From NCBI RefSeq assembly GCF_000181795.1, contig NW_003526943.1, forward strand, positions 2,041,647-2,105,646: a stretch of 64,000 bases of DNA, written 5' to 3'. Position 1 is the stretch's first letter; every line of letters starts with the position of its first letter. Of the stretch, positions 24,895-38,166 are shown one piece after another. The notes below the pieces were generated by a model that saw only the letters and a list, made by a program, of their open reading frames with translations, was not told the origin of the DNA and did not search any database. Source of the DNA: Trichinella spiralis (lineage: Eukaryota). The position numbers were made by a program, and so were the translations under genes.

Positions 24895-27185
24895 CTGAAA
24901 ATAAAATTAACAAAGTGAAATGAAAAGTTTTTCCCAAAAAATGTTGTATGCAAATTTATTGATTGCACAAACAAGCATGAATCAAACACAGTTTTCTACT
25001 TAGTGAAGTTGATAATGCAATCTTCCCACGGTGTTTATCATTTTTCAACATCGAGAAGGTCATATCTACGATTGCCATTTAAGCGTGAAGTTAACTGCTA
25101 GAAAGAGCATTTTACAAGCATTTTTCAAAGCTTAATCTGTGTGAATGACAGAAGGAAAAGTGTGCATCTTGTGCAAGTTTACTACAACAAGTAAACTAAA
25201 TAAGCGCAATTTTACCACCGCTTCTTTCCATGTCAGATGTGCATCGTTTTCTATAAACAGTGAATCCTTTTGTCAGAAATAATAATCCATGAAATAATTT
25301 TCTTTCTTTATTAGACTACTTTTAAAAACAATCAAATGAATTTTTAAATCGAATCAAATGAATATTCAAAATTTCTGCTCTAATAACAAGTTCCCATTGT
25401 AATTAGTTATTAAAAAGAATTCTTTCTTTTTTAATTATGAAACATTTCAAGCTTTGCTGTTTAAAGTATACAATTCAAATTGCAAACTGACATTAATCTT
25501 TGTACTTTTGGTTGATCAGAAATACAAACTAGAACATTTTTGTATTATTAAACAACTAATTACAATTAATTTACTCGAAATAAATTTCAATAATAATAAT
25601 AATAAGTTAATAATGCAATTGCTGAAAATGATAAATTTCCTACAAGCAAAAATTATTATAATTAATAATAATATTATTGTATAAATTGATGAAATTAAAA
25701 AAAAATAATATTTTCAGTTTTTCCTACAACCTATGCTTCAACAAGTCTAAAAGTTAATAAGCATAAATGGAAAAATGAAGCTTAATTTTAATCTACTCGA
25801 TAAAACCAAAAAAAGGCGCAAATAATTAATGAGTATAAATCAGATAAATGAAAAAATAACGTTCAATATTGTTTTTACAAAATGCAATAGCTGATTTTTT
25901 ATTTAACAAGGAAACTGCGTCTGATAAATTAAATTTCATGAGTAATAATTTTTCATTTGTAAAAATAAAATTTCCATAGTTAATGAAGACTATTTTTCTG
26001 TCCATTTCACATTGGTTACAATATTTTTAAATAATATTCAACAAATTGATGGATGTGAAATGAAATTATTTTTGGATAATTCAGATTTAGTCCTTTCAAT
26101 CTTAAATTAGCTTACAACTTCCTCAGAAATGGAAATGCCTTTTAAAATGATTTAAAATATGTACTGCATTTTATTTAATTTACTTAAACATTAAATTTGA
26201 TCTAAATAGTACATTCCATGCCATAATGTGAGATGTATGTGCGTGTGTAGGATGGATGGGTAGACTCGGATATGCTTGATCGATCTATGGATAACCTTAG
26301 AAATAAACTATTGAATGAACTATCTTAAAGATTTTGTTCACTCGTTGATGACACTGATTTTTAAACACTACTGCGCTAACTGTTGCTATGACTGAACCTG
26401 CCAATATTATTATATACATTTTAGAAGTTGGGATCGGTTTCCGGCTCCCTCCATTTGGCAACAAATTAATTTTATTCACAAAGACAGATTATAGTGGCTT
26501 CTTATAGTAGATCATTTTTCTTCTTATTCTAAACAACAATAAAAACAAAAAAGAAGAAAGAATAACTAGCTTGTCGCATTTTACAAAAAGCATAATACAG
26601 AAAAGTATAAGCTGAATTTTATCTATGGAAGGTGATCAAAAATCGAAATTTCAGAAAAGCATCACACAATCAATTGTTAATGCCGAAACTGTGCCCTTGT
26701 CGGTCGGGTCGATGGCTTCAACCAGGCACTGCATCAGAAAAAGGTCGACTAGCTGTCGCACGCTTGAACAGCTTAACGAAAGTTATATTTATTATTAGCC
26801 AGCCTAGCGATGATCGATGCGACTGGAAAAATGTAAGTTCCATTCACAAGTGTGGTACTGGATTCAAATAGAGCAAAAAAATTCAAGAAAAACACAATCT
26901 AAAGCTGAATTTACAGTTAACACCACATTCATAGGAAAGAAAATTAATTTTCCCTCCCTTATTATTGACTTTTCATATCACATGTGTCATATGCTATGCA
27001 ATGCAAACTGAGCATATTGTCCCTGGCAAAGCAGCTACATGTGAGAATTTCGCTTCGCTTGATTTTTTTCTTTCAAAACTAAAAGGTGCAATTTAATTAG
27101 CCGCTTTACGTGCATATTTCTAATTGACAATTTTGTGTATGCGTGCGGTAAAATGGAAAAATTTGCATCGAATTCCGGAGATCAC

Positions 27186-27544
27186 CGTTTGAAATAAAGC
27201 GCTCCCGCCGGGACGACCCTTTCTCTTTGCTCGGCATCCTACAGTGTTGAACACTGAACAGATTGCGAAATGTTCTTGTACCAGAGTTAATAGTTCTGCA
27301 TTATTATATTCATTGTGAAATATTCATCAAACATTTTGAGAAGTGAGTTGAGAAATATACAAATTTCAATTTTGGAAAATTGGGAAGACAACGACAACAA
27401 TGACAACAGCAATATCCAGGTACAAAATAACGTTAATATACCTTGAATTTGACGCCTTTGAAAACTAAGCGAGCCCAGGCGGCTTGTGGCGCCGTATGCT
27501 TGTTGGACATTACCGAGACAATTGTTGTTCAACAGGTTGTTCAT
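27186..27544 (-). CDS. unc-7: Putative alternative proximal 5' exons of unc-7 (27544-27442 and 27295-27186)
   Basis: ATG at 27544 opens MNNLLNNN...RRQIQ, then G|GTATAT donor. TGCAG| acceptor, 110-nt open exon ending ACG|GTGATC in phase 0, which matches the phase-0 acceptor at 24894. No homology support. Confidence 0.35.
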
Positions 27545-27825
27545 CGACTGTTAAAGTGACGTTCGAGAAGCGGAAAAATCTGCACCGGATACAAGCTCAT
27601 ACGCGAATCTTTTCAATCATGTGCTTGATTATTTGATTTTTTTTCAAAACAAAAAATAATAAATTTATAATTTCCAAACTAAGAAAAGTTGTAGAAGCAA
27701 AGTTTTTCTGCTTAGCACACAAAGTGAGTTAGTTGCTGGTCAGTGATCGGCTCGAACAAGCTGCTGCTTTGGCTGCTTCCTTTTCCAGCCATTTCCTTCA
27801 CTCGCACACGCATATAAGCTTAAAA

Positions 27826-27844
27826 CAACGCCCCCTAGTGGTCA
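27826..27844 (-). promoter_or_regulatory. CTCF-binding-site-like motif TGACCACTAGGGGGCGTTG
   Basis: Core CCACTAGGGGGCG fits the CTCF consensus CCASYAGRKGGCR at all 13 positions, in very AT-rich DNA. Confidence 0.5.
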
Positions 27845-30800
27845 CTTTGATGGACAACTTCACACACTCAGCGTGGGGTCTTTATTGAACAACGGCAGCA
27901 AAAGCACCGCTGACACAGTACACACTGATAAATTAGCGCAGCTTGCTTGCTTTTGTCTCATTTAAGCATGCTATTTTACGTTCATTAGAGCAAACTTTTG
28001 ACGTTTTGTCCCTTGTGATTGTAAATGTAAAATTAAAATAAAAAATATATAAAAAAATAAGAAGAAGAGGAAAAAGTAGCAGAAGAAAGAAGGGAACAAT
28101 TTCAATACTGAAAATGAACGCTTTACTTTGTCCACGTTTGTGACAACCGCGTTCAGCCTGCAGTTCATGTCTTCTTCGTCAAATCTGCGCGGCCGTCCGC
28201 CTCACAGTGCAGGCGATCAAATCGGCTCTACAATTTCAAACAAGATCTTATTACACAAGATCTGCACTTATTTATATTTAATTTTTGTTTATTTTCTTCT
28301 AATAATTTGCAATTTAATTGCTTGCATGAAACATGCAAGAAAAAAAATATATACATATGTAGTAAAATTTCTTTGATACATCTGCTTCGGAGAAAACTGG
28401 CAATATCACAATATAGAATATTATTGAAAAAGTTCATTCTTTAATAAGTAATTGCATCAGTATAAACTTTCAAAATAGAGTGCAGACATTTCACACATTT
28501 GTTACAGTATATTAAAATATTAATATCATTTCTTAATTATATCCATGTAAAAGAAAATAGCATATGATATTACTAAAAGTTGTCTACAAAACAAAAGCTT
28601 CCATAAAACTTTCCGTCTAAATTAGCATACAAATTTTATATAACAGCATCCTGTGGTTTCTGATTTATTTTTATAATTGCAGAAAAGAGCAAAATGTGCT
28701 TCTCTTAGTAGTTGTTTTGATGTTCAATCAACAAATTCAATCTATTTTTAAAAGTGAAATTATTTTAAGAAAAGCAAATTGAATCAAGTTGAAAGTAGCA
28801 AGCATGCTTTAAAGATTACCAAAGTTAGCGTTCTGTTCAAAGATGCAGTGCACATGATTTTCATGCTTTGCAATTTGAAAATTAAAATTTGCTGTTTAAA
28901 TGCCAAACAATTAATAAATTAATTTTGTTTTTCTATGCTCATTTTGAGAAATTAAATTTTTTTATTTATCACTTTTCACAAAATTTATTAAACAACTAAT
29001 CCAACAACAAGTGATTATTTATTTATTTGTTCACACAGAAAAAAAGCATCACATAATTTTAACATTTCAGCTTAAAAGTTGAAGTCAGCTTTTAAAAAAG
29101 CAACTGTTTACAGCACAAGTCAAAATGAAGCAGATTTCGGTTTGAAACCAGCCCTGATCAATAAAATCCATGCAGCTGTCATGATGCTTAATTCTAAACT
29201 TAGAAAAGCTTTTCACTTATAAGCGGCACTGGATCCTTAATTTTGTGCAAATACATATATTTTAAAAACGAAACATTCATGCATTTTTTGTTCTTTACAT
29301 GGTTATTTGTTGGTTTTTTTATTAAAAAATTATGCAATTATCGAAAAATAAACTCTTCATATTTTTAATTAATGATATTATTCAAAGATACTTTACTTTA
29401 TTAATTTAAAATTTTTGAAATGAAACAATATAGATGCACATATATATAAAGTATAAATCAATTGATCAGATTACGTGTAAGTTGTAATTCTTTATAATAA
29501 AGGAGCTTGTTATTGCAACTTTGATTTAAATGATCATGTATCTTAAATGGTAAAATAAAATCAATAAAATACTGAAAATATTAATAAACATTTTATAATA
29601 ATTTAGAATAAATAATAATATAAAATATTAATAAATACTACACCTGATGAAAATTTCTGCATTAACTTAATGAATGCAGTCTGAGTGCCAATGAGCAATA
29701 AAAAAATTATTTTCCGCTTCGTTCATAATCAGTATGCAACTATGTGAAATGCTTTTTAGGAAAATTTGAATTAAGCATTAAAAATTTTTTTACCGCTGCA
29801 TTTACTTGTAATGGTAAACATCTTCGATTATCTACAATTTCAATTCCAGGAAAAAATCTCTGAACAACGAGGAAGTGAAAAAGTACTGCTGATTGTTGCT
29901 GCAGCTTTTATGTAAAGCATGTTATTTCACAACTAGTAAGAGATTGTGATTGAATATCAGATTTGAATCTTCATTTTTGAAATATCTTTTAAAATTGTTG
30001 AGGAATAATTTCAAAATAAAATAAAACTAAAAAGAAAAAAAAACTATAATTATTTTAAATCTAAAATATTATAATAACATTCTTTCAATAAAACATAAGG
30101 CTAAATAAAAGGTAGCTATATAATATATTTCAGTATAGTGATATAGTCAATATAGTTACACTTGATAATTATAAAAACTTATTATACAAACATTGAATTT
30201 ACTTAAACATTATGCATGTTAATGGTAGCCAATGCGAAGACTCTGTGACAAAATTTTACTGCCTTAAAAATATTTATTTGATTTTGCTATATATTCCATT
30301 TTTAGGCGTATTTTAACAAAATGCTTTTTGCACCGAATATACTCTCCTGCTAAGTTAAAGAATTTTCATTTTGAAAAAGCTACACTAGTTTGAAATTATT
30401 ATTTTTACATGGCATTGGAAATAAGTAAAATTATCTATAGTTAACCATAAGAATGAAAAATTAACTAGGCAAATAGCATGTTATAAAAATTGCAAGAAAA
30501 ACTTTGAAATTGTTAATCAAGAGGCTGAATATGATGAAGATCAATTACAGTGAATGAATAGTTTCAGTCAGTTAACTGATAGATTAATAACATAGCTATA
30601 TGATAATTACTGTTATATTTGAAATGCATTATTCTTAATTGATGTTCAAAGTATAGCATCTTCTCGAATGAAATTTTAATATTACATTAAATTCATAATC
30701 GAATTTTTTCATTGGATTAAAAGCAAGCAAGTAGTGCCATGCTCAAATTTTGTTCATAACAATTACTTTAAAAAGTTTGACATAAATTTGCTATTTGAAG

Positions 30801-33800
30801 CATATTTTATTTAAAAAGAAGAAAAATGACTTTTGCTTGATTATAACAAATTGATTTAATATGAGTAGCAATATTATGATGAATTCGTACCTGCATTTTA
30901 AAAATAAATTTGCCTTTAAAAGTGGAAAGCAAATAGATCCATTCACATAGTGCTTAAGAAAGTAGCATTTTTGAAAAATAAGCTTGAAAGCAAATTTTCG
31001 ATCAATCGATTATATATTATGTGCCAGCTTTACCAAAATCAGCTCCACCAAAAGGGATGTTCCTGCAATTTGATCGTTGATAAAACTGTTTTGATTGAAA
31101 TTTGACACCTTTGAATGAGGTGTAAACAATTTGGGAAAATTTTCCTAGCGATTAGCATCCAGACTCATCACTGAACCCATCACAAGAGGCCGTCAACAAT
31201 TAGAAACCATTTTTCACAATTAGCATGCTTAAATGTTCATATATAAAATAATAGAACGAACTTTTCATCCATTATGAAAGCATCTGACAATTTCAATCGT
31301 CTCATGCTTAATAAAACATATTCATTTATATTCACTTTGCCTTTCCCAATTGTAGATGCATATTTATATATAGAAGAAGCAAAATTAAGCGTAAATTCAC
31401 ACATACACACACACATACATATATATGTGTATGTAGGTATGTGTATATGTCAGATCAAACAGATAACTGACGGATATAACAAGAAAATATAGAATTTTTA
31501 TATGCAAAAATGATAAGTTGCTTTGCTGAGAAAAATTTAATTTAAAAAGAAGAAAGGCACTTTTTTCTTTTAAAATTATCTTAACAATTTGCAAAAATTG
31601 TTGACAGCACTTGAGATAGGTTTTCTTTTATGAAGTTCGCAAAAATATTGATAATGAAAAAGCATTTGCCCCAGTAGACACTTTTGTGAATGCAAATCGT
31701 CATGCTTTGGACGTTGATTTATCGAAAGTAAAATTTATTCCCCAGCAAAATGTATTGTTTTGTCGTTATTTGGAAATTTATTTACCAAACGTTAGACGAA
31801 GCAAAAAGATGCCAAAGCTTTGCTTTATCACTTTCACCGTAACTTGCAACTATTAATTAAGCACATGAATAAGTTGTTTAATTTTATCTTTTATTCATTG
31901 CATCACGAAAATTACAAACATTACTCAATATTTAATGTAACGATAGCAATTTCAAAAATAAATTCAAAAATACATTATAATTCGATAGAATAAGAAAAGA
32001 TATTTTTTCATTTCAAATATTTTAGTGAAATAATTTCCAAAGATAAATATCTCTTTTAATAAAATGATATCATTTCAGATTTTTTATTTATCACTTTTGA
32101 ATATGCCAAAACTGAGAACAAATTTCCTTAGAGAGCATTAGAATAAAATAAAAAATAAACTGAAAAGTCATATTATGTAAATATTTTCCTTATTATTTCC
32201 AGCATATTCTGTATAAATGGAGCCACCAGAAAATTTACAAAAAAAAACAATTGTAAAATAAAACTTAATCTTTCAAATAGTTATTAAATTTTAATAAATC
32301 TTTTACAGCATATGAACAATTCTCACTGCCAAAAGAATTGGCTTCAAATTCAATACATAGAAAACTTTGCTTTTTGTAAATTGGTAGACTTTTTAAAAAT
32401 GATGATGTAAAGTAAAATATTTTTTGAGAAAAAATGGAATATTTTTAGCGTACGTTTGAAGCATGTGCCTAAATAGCAGAATGATAATTATTGATTTACG
32501 AAGTCAATTAAACTGAAAATCATTTCCCAACAGAGAAAGTGAAGTGAAACGTTCTAAATTTGGTTAAAAGTTGCGAAGAAAATATTTAAAAAATAACTAT
32601 TTCAATAGCATATCTTTGCATCAGTGCAAGAATTCGAAACAAAAATATTTATAATAAAATAAAAATTATCAAAAACACTTGTTTGCAATAAGTGCAAATT
32701 TTTTGCTAATCATAAAATGACAAAAAATGAACACAGCTATCCCTTTTTTCCTAACAACTGCTGAAAAATATCATAGCATTGATTTGACTGCTAATCGGAA
32801 AAGAGATTTCAACGATAAGCTGATCAGAAAGAAATATTTCTTTTTTTTCTTGATTTCACATATTAATATATGTTCGAAAAAGAAAAAAACTTCACCAATA
32901 TCCATTCACGTAATATTCTGCACTCTATTGTTAAATAATACTTTCTTACAGTAATTACTGTAAAAAACAGGTTTTTTGTTGGCGTGTTTTTCTTTCTTAC
33001 TGTATAAAAATAACTATTTTATTGAAATATTAATTTAAAAAATATTATATTGAAATTAAATAGAAATTAAAAGCTTACTGTTGATGAGTTGGGAATTTTG
33101 TTCAATTTTGTTGGACAAATATTTCGAACAGAAACGGCCGCCTGATAATAAATGCGGCAAAGGAACGACACCATCGAACAGAGCTGACTGGCAATATTGG
33201 ACACTGTTCAACAACGCTTTTCAAGCACCGCTTCGTCAGCTATTCAGCTTGGCAAAAGTAATCATTTGATTGGATAACTAATAAATGAGCAGAAAGTGAC
33301 GTATTGAGAAATTTACCCGTTTTTTTCTCCAACTCTGAGAAAGCCAGTGAGGAAAAAAGCCAAAATTGAACTATCGATTGAGTGTCATTACGCCAGCACG
33401 CTTCACCTGTATAATTCAGCTTGCTTATTTGACTTTTGATGTTGGCAAGTTGAATATTGTCGAAAAAGTGAAAGCCAACGTGGCTTTTAGCTTTTAGCCG
33501 TTCAACGGGCACGCAGAAACAAAAGAAACACTCAAATGAATTGCCTATTCTCACTTTCATTATTCTATATTGCACAGACGCAGACCCAGACACAGGCGTT
33601 GCATTGGCACACACAGACGAATTCTTTGTGAAAATATTTTGAAAAATATTTTAATTATGTATATATATTTTTCTATTCAATAAATTCATGTTTCTTTCAT
33701 ATATTTTTTTTATTTCATCTGAATATTATATATTGAATATTTCTCCACTACAAACTGTCGAACAACTAATAATCCACCCAATACAGAAGCGTCTTCAACA

Positions 33801-36533
33801 AAATACATGTATTTTTTTAAATAAAAAATAGAAATCATTTAAAAAAATAATTATATTTTTAAACACATATACATTTTTATAAAATAAATTTCACAATATT
33901 ATTCATAAGTTGAATTTTATTGAATGATTAAAAGAAATTTTAATTGTCAATTATCTGATTTTTGAAATATAATTTTAAAATATTAAAATTAATAATGCAC
34001 ATTTCTTATGAATTTTTATATTTTGTTCAAGTACCAACAAATGATGTGAAATAATATTAAGAAAATTGAAATAGAATTCAAGCTAAAAAATGTAAAATTT
34101 AGTTTCAACAAGTGAAATTGGAAACCTTTCCTTTTCTCATCTTATTGACAACATTATAACAATTCTCCATGTACCTTCATCACATGTTGCTTGCAAAGGA
34201 AAACGATGAAAGTTTATAGGCTTTTTCCATTAATATTAATTAAAATCACGACATTTTATTCACATCTTATTCAGCTAATGGAGTCATATTTCAATTTAAA
34301 TGTCGTCTGTGTACATAATTTAAAAATTAAAATTTATCATCAAAGAAATATTATTATCAGCATGTAAATTTTCTCAACCTCAACATCCTGTCATAGAAAA
34401 TGGTATATCTAACTTGCCACAATTTTAGTAGCAGCGTCTTTTATTGACTGAAACTGCTCTTGCATTGAAGATATATGTGTGTGTGTCCAAATGAACATGT
34501 GTGGAAAAGAAAAAGAAAACAGCTTTAATAATTAATTTTATGAAAATGTCCAACTTTCAAAGTATGGATGTACATTTTTTTATTTGTCTATTATTTATTG
34601 TCGTGTTATCACTTGTTGATGATGATGAAGTAATATTTTTGACATTGCCTGCTTTTATCAGTACACAACTTAAAGGTTCATTTAAATTGAAACGTTGTAG
34701 AATTGTTACTTAATCTAATAAAATCTGTCAACACAATATAATCATCCTATATCCATGATGAAGAGCGGCCGCTGAACCCAGCAGGCGCGTTTACGTTGAT
34801 TTTATTCAATTATTGTCTAGCAATCTTCTATTGATCGTTTAGATCTTCTTTAAATTGCATGCCAGATGACCATTTTCAACTTATAAGCTACTTTTAAACT
34901 TCCCAAAGATGATTAAAACTGAAGTGACGGAATGGGAATTTGAACTGCAGTGAATAAAATAAATTTGACCTCCTATTAACCACTTTGCGGATAGCAGTTT
35001 CAAATTCTGGCAACGGCAAGTGTAAATAATTCAACCCCTGCAAACATATGCAAGTATCTGCGTTAGCATGTACTAAACAAAAAAAACAGAAATATCCAGC
35101 AAAACTTGCTAAAGAAGCAATGAACATTTCCCTTAAAAGTTATCGAAAATGTTGATCAACTAAATTTTCAAATTATTCACTAATAACGAATAAATTAAGC
35201 TATAACTCTTCAAATCTAAAATTATTGCTTATTATTTAGCTGAAATGTGTTGTGCGTAAAAGTTTCGTGATTGTACTTCTGAAATGCATTGATAAGCTTT
35301 ACATTTAAAATATTTTCACGGACCACTTGAACACGACAATTTTGCAGTTTGAAAATTTCTCTACAAGCATTTATTTATCAGCGCTCAATTGGCAAATTAA
35401 CATTTAGTTTTCTTTATTACGCAAATATGATGATAATGACAAACGCATTCATCAGATATGTTGTTTTCAAGTTTTCATAGGAAAAAAATTAAAAATACCG
35501 TTTCAATGCATTCACATCACTGATATTATCCAATAGCAATGCCACCAAGTTTTCAGTAAAATATTACAATATATATGCATGCAATCACTTGAGAATAATC
35601 ACAAGTTTGGAAAGTGTTTAAGGAAGTTCAGCTTTTGATCATTGTTGTTTGTTAAAAATAAAGTAAAACCTGCACTTGAAATGAATATAAATTTTTGAAC
35701 ATTTTAAAATATGTAATATTCAAATTTACTGCATACTATATTTACAAAGCTTGAATGGGAAAAAGATTTTGTTTTTCAAGCCTCTCACAGTGCTCTTACT
35801 CAGACTAGTGTGTTAAGTAAAAAGCAGTTTTTTCTTCCACAATGTTATTGCTTATTTTAAAAAATTCTTCTTCAAAATTTACTTTCAATACTAAATAAAC
35901 ATCCACTTTAACACACTATGAGTTAATATTGAAATGATTGAAAACCAAGTGTCAGTTTGCTTTATTTTTCTCAACTAAAAGATTATCCATTAAAATAATG
36001 GAACAGTTGAAAAAATATCTAAAATTTAAATAAAATAGTAAAAATTAAACTTTCATTACATTATTCGCTTTTTATAAATTTTTGCTCTTGTTTCATTTTT
36101 TACAGTAGTAGAATTAACAAACTTTTTACTTTGATCCAAATAGAACGTTCAGTACAGCAGTAGTACAGTAAACTTTGATAAATGTTTTCCTTTGGATGTG
36201 ATGATGTGAAATGCAAATTGTGCAATTGAACATTCACAGACGAGTTTCAATTATGTTGGACAGAAAATTTTATTTAAATTTTGAGTATATTTTTTCAAAT
36301 TAAGCATTGAATAAGTTGATGGAAATGGAAAATTAAAAAGCAATGGTCATAAATTGCAAAGAGCAGAGGTTAAGGAGATAATAACGAAAGAAGAATAATT
36401 AGGTGATTTTATTAATTCATGTTATTTATTTAAATGTTTAATCTGATTTTGATCAATTTAACGGAAATAATGAAGAATAAGATGAAATAAAAAGAAAAAA
36501 ACAGTTTTTTTTCGTTTTTTGAAACCTACATAC

Positions 36534-36551
36534 CTTGAGAGCTTTGTACAT
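36534..36551 (-). CDS. unc-7: Putative distal first coding micro-exon of unc-7 (MYKALK)
   Basis: ATG TAC AAA GCT CTC AAG|GTATGT is a strong donor in phase 0, in frame with the acceptor at 24894 ([17 protein letters not shown]...). It sits at the end of a ~700 bp GC-richer island (36534-37260) with an abrupt switch to AT-rich intron. Confidence 0.55.
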
Positions 36552-38166
36552 TGCTTTCCTGAGTGGGTGAAGCTTCAGTGGCGAAGTTGGAAAACTGTGG
36601 ACGAGCTGTTATATTTGCAATTCACTCGGACCAGCAGTGGTGAATTTGCTGTTTTGAAATGAATTTCAAGACTGCCAATCGATAATACAATTATCCAAGG
36701 CTTCATGGAGGTTTATGCAGTTGGCCGTCTGGCGGCTTGGCGGACAATTTCGACCAATGATTCCCAAAATTGGATACAGCTCGTGGACCGACCGCCGGAC
36801 ATTACTCGGAGCGCGACAAAATACTTAATTCAAATCTGAAGCACCGTCGACCACTTTGCTGGGATCAGTGAAATGGAACCGTCAAAAAGAGCGCATTTTG
36901 TGGCTAAGTTTATTTGTTGGGGGTCAATTGCTTGCTCAAAACAGGGTCTCGTTCTTAAAACAGCACGGTCGATTGAGAGAAAAAAGCCAATTATTACGTC
37001 ATTAAAGTTTAGATTGATTTTCGATTAACGAGTAAACGACGCCGAATCTCTGAAGAATCTCTCTCGTTCGACAAATGTTCCCCTTGTTAAGAGGCTCAAT
37101 TAATTAAGAACACTGCCCCGCTTGCAGGGTGCATGGAATATGCAACAGACGGCCCAAACAGTCCGGAAGGAAGTCGTGTAAATTTCGAAAAACCACCCCA
37201 ACTATGCGCATCATGCATTACAACTCCAACAGCTAGCCCCTATTCACCTAACGGCACAATTTTCAATGCAGTGAAATTCTATCCGAAATGAGCAATTTTA
37301 CATATGCTGTCGTCTTCTATTTCATCTTCACAACAATACCTTTTCAGAAATATACGTTGCCATGATGTAAAATTGAAATCATCATTTGAAATTTAATAGT
37401 AAAAAAGAGAAATAAGGAATTTTTCTTTTTCAACTATATTTTCAGGCGTTGAAAAAGTAATGAAATAGCGTTGCAACTGTGATGCATAAAAATTCACTAA
37501 ACAAAACAACGTTGTTAGTTTTATTATTATTCATATAATAATGCAAGCAATGCTCGCAAAACACGAGAAAAAATGGAATATATTTCTGAAGTGTAGGGAT
37601 GCAGCAGCAATAGTTTTTGACTTGCTAATCCTATGATCACAATTGAGTTTCGATTCAGTTTATCATTAATATTATAAAATGATTATCCTTTTCTGCAATT
37701 TAAATTATTCAAGTGACTGATTAATAATAATAATAATTTGAATTTGTTAAAACAACATATAGCTAACATTTTATTGCAATTATTATTATTAATTATCACT
37801 CTGGTTGTTATATTTTTAAAAGAAAAGCTGGTTGTCAACATCATTTACAACTAGCGATGATGTTTCAAAATGGCTTTCAAGTATCTGCAAATCAATGTAA
37901 TGTCGTGCACTTTAATTGAAAAACACTTTTAACAAAAACGACAATTTCGATAACTTTTAACATAAATAAAAATAATGAAACTGCTGTTAACAAACCCAAT
38001 ATATATATAACAACATATCCAATTACTTGATGATATACGGCACGTTTGAGGATGAAGCTCTTCCAAGTGAAATACTGCTCATGATATCGAAAGAGAAAAA
38101 GAAAAAAAAAGTATATATATTTCTTTTTTCATTAAGTAAGCAAACCAAAGTAAATTTTTCAATCGA

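Noticed and set aside
28400..36400. Short ORFs of 60-124 aa in the gene desert
   Set aside because: Mostly Ile/Phe/Lys/Asn-biased translations of AT-rich DNA, often with non-ATG starts and no recognisable domains.
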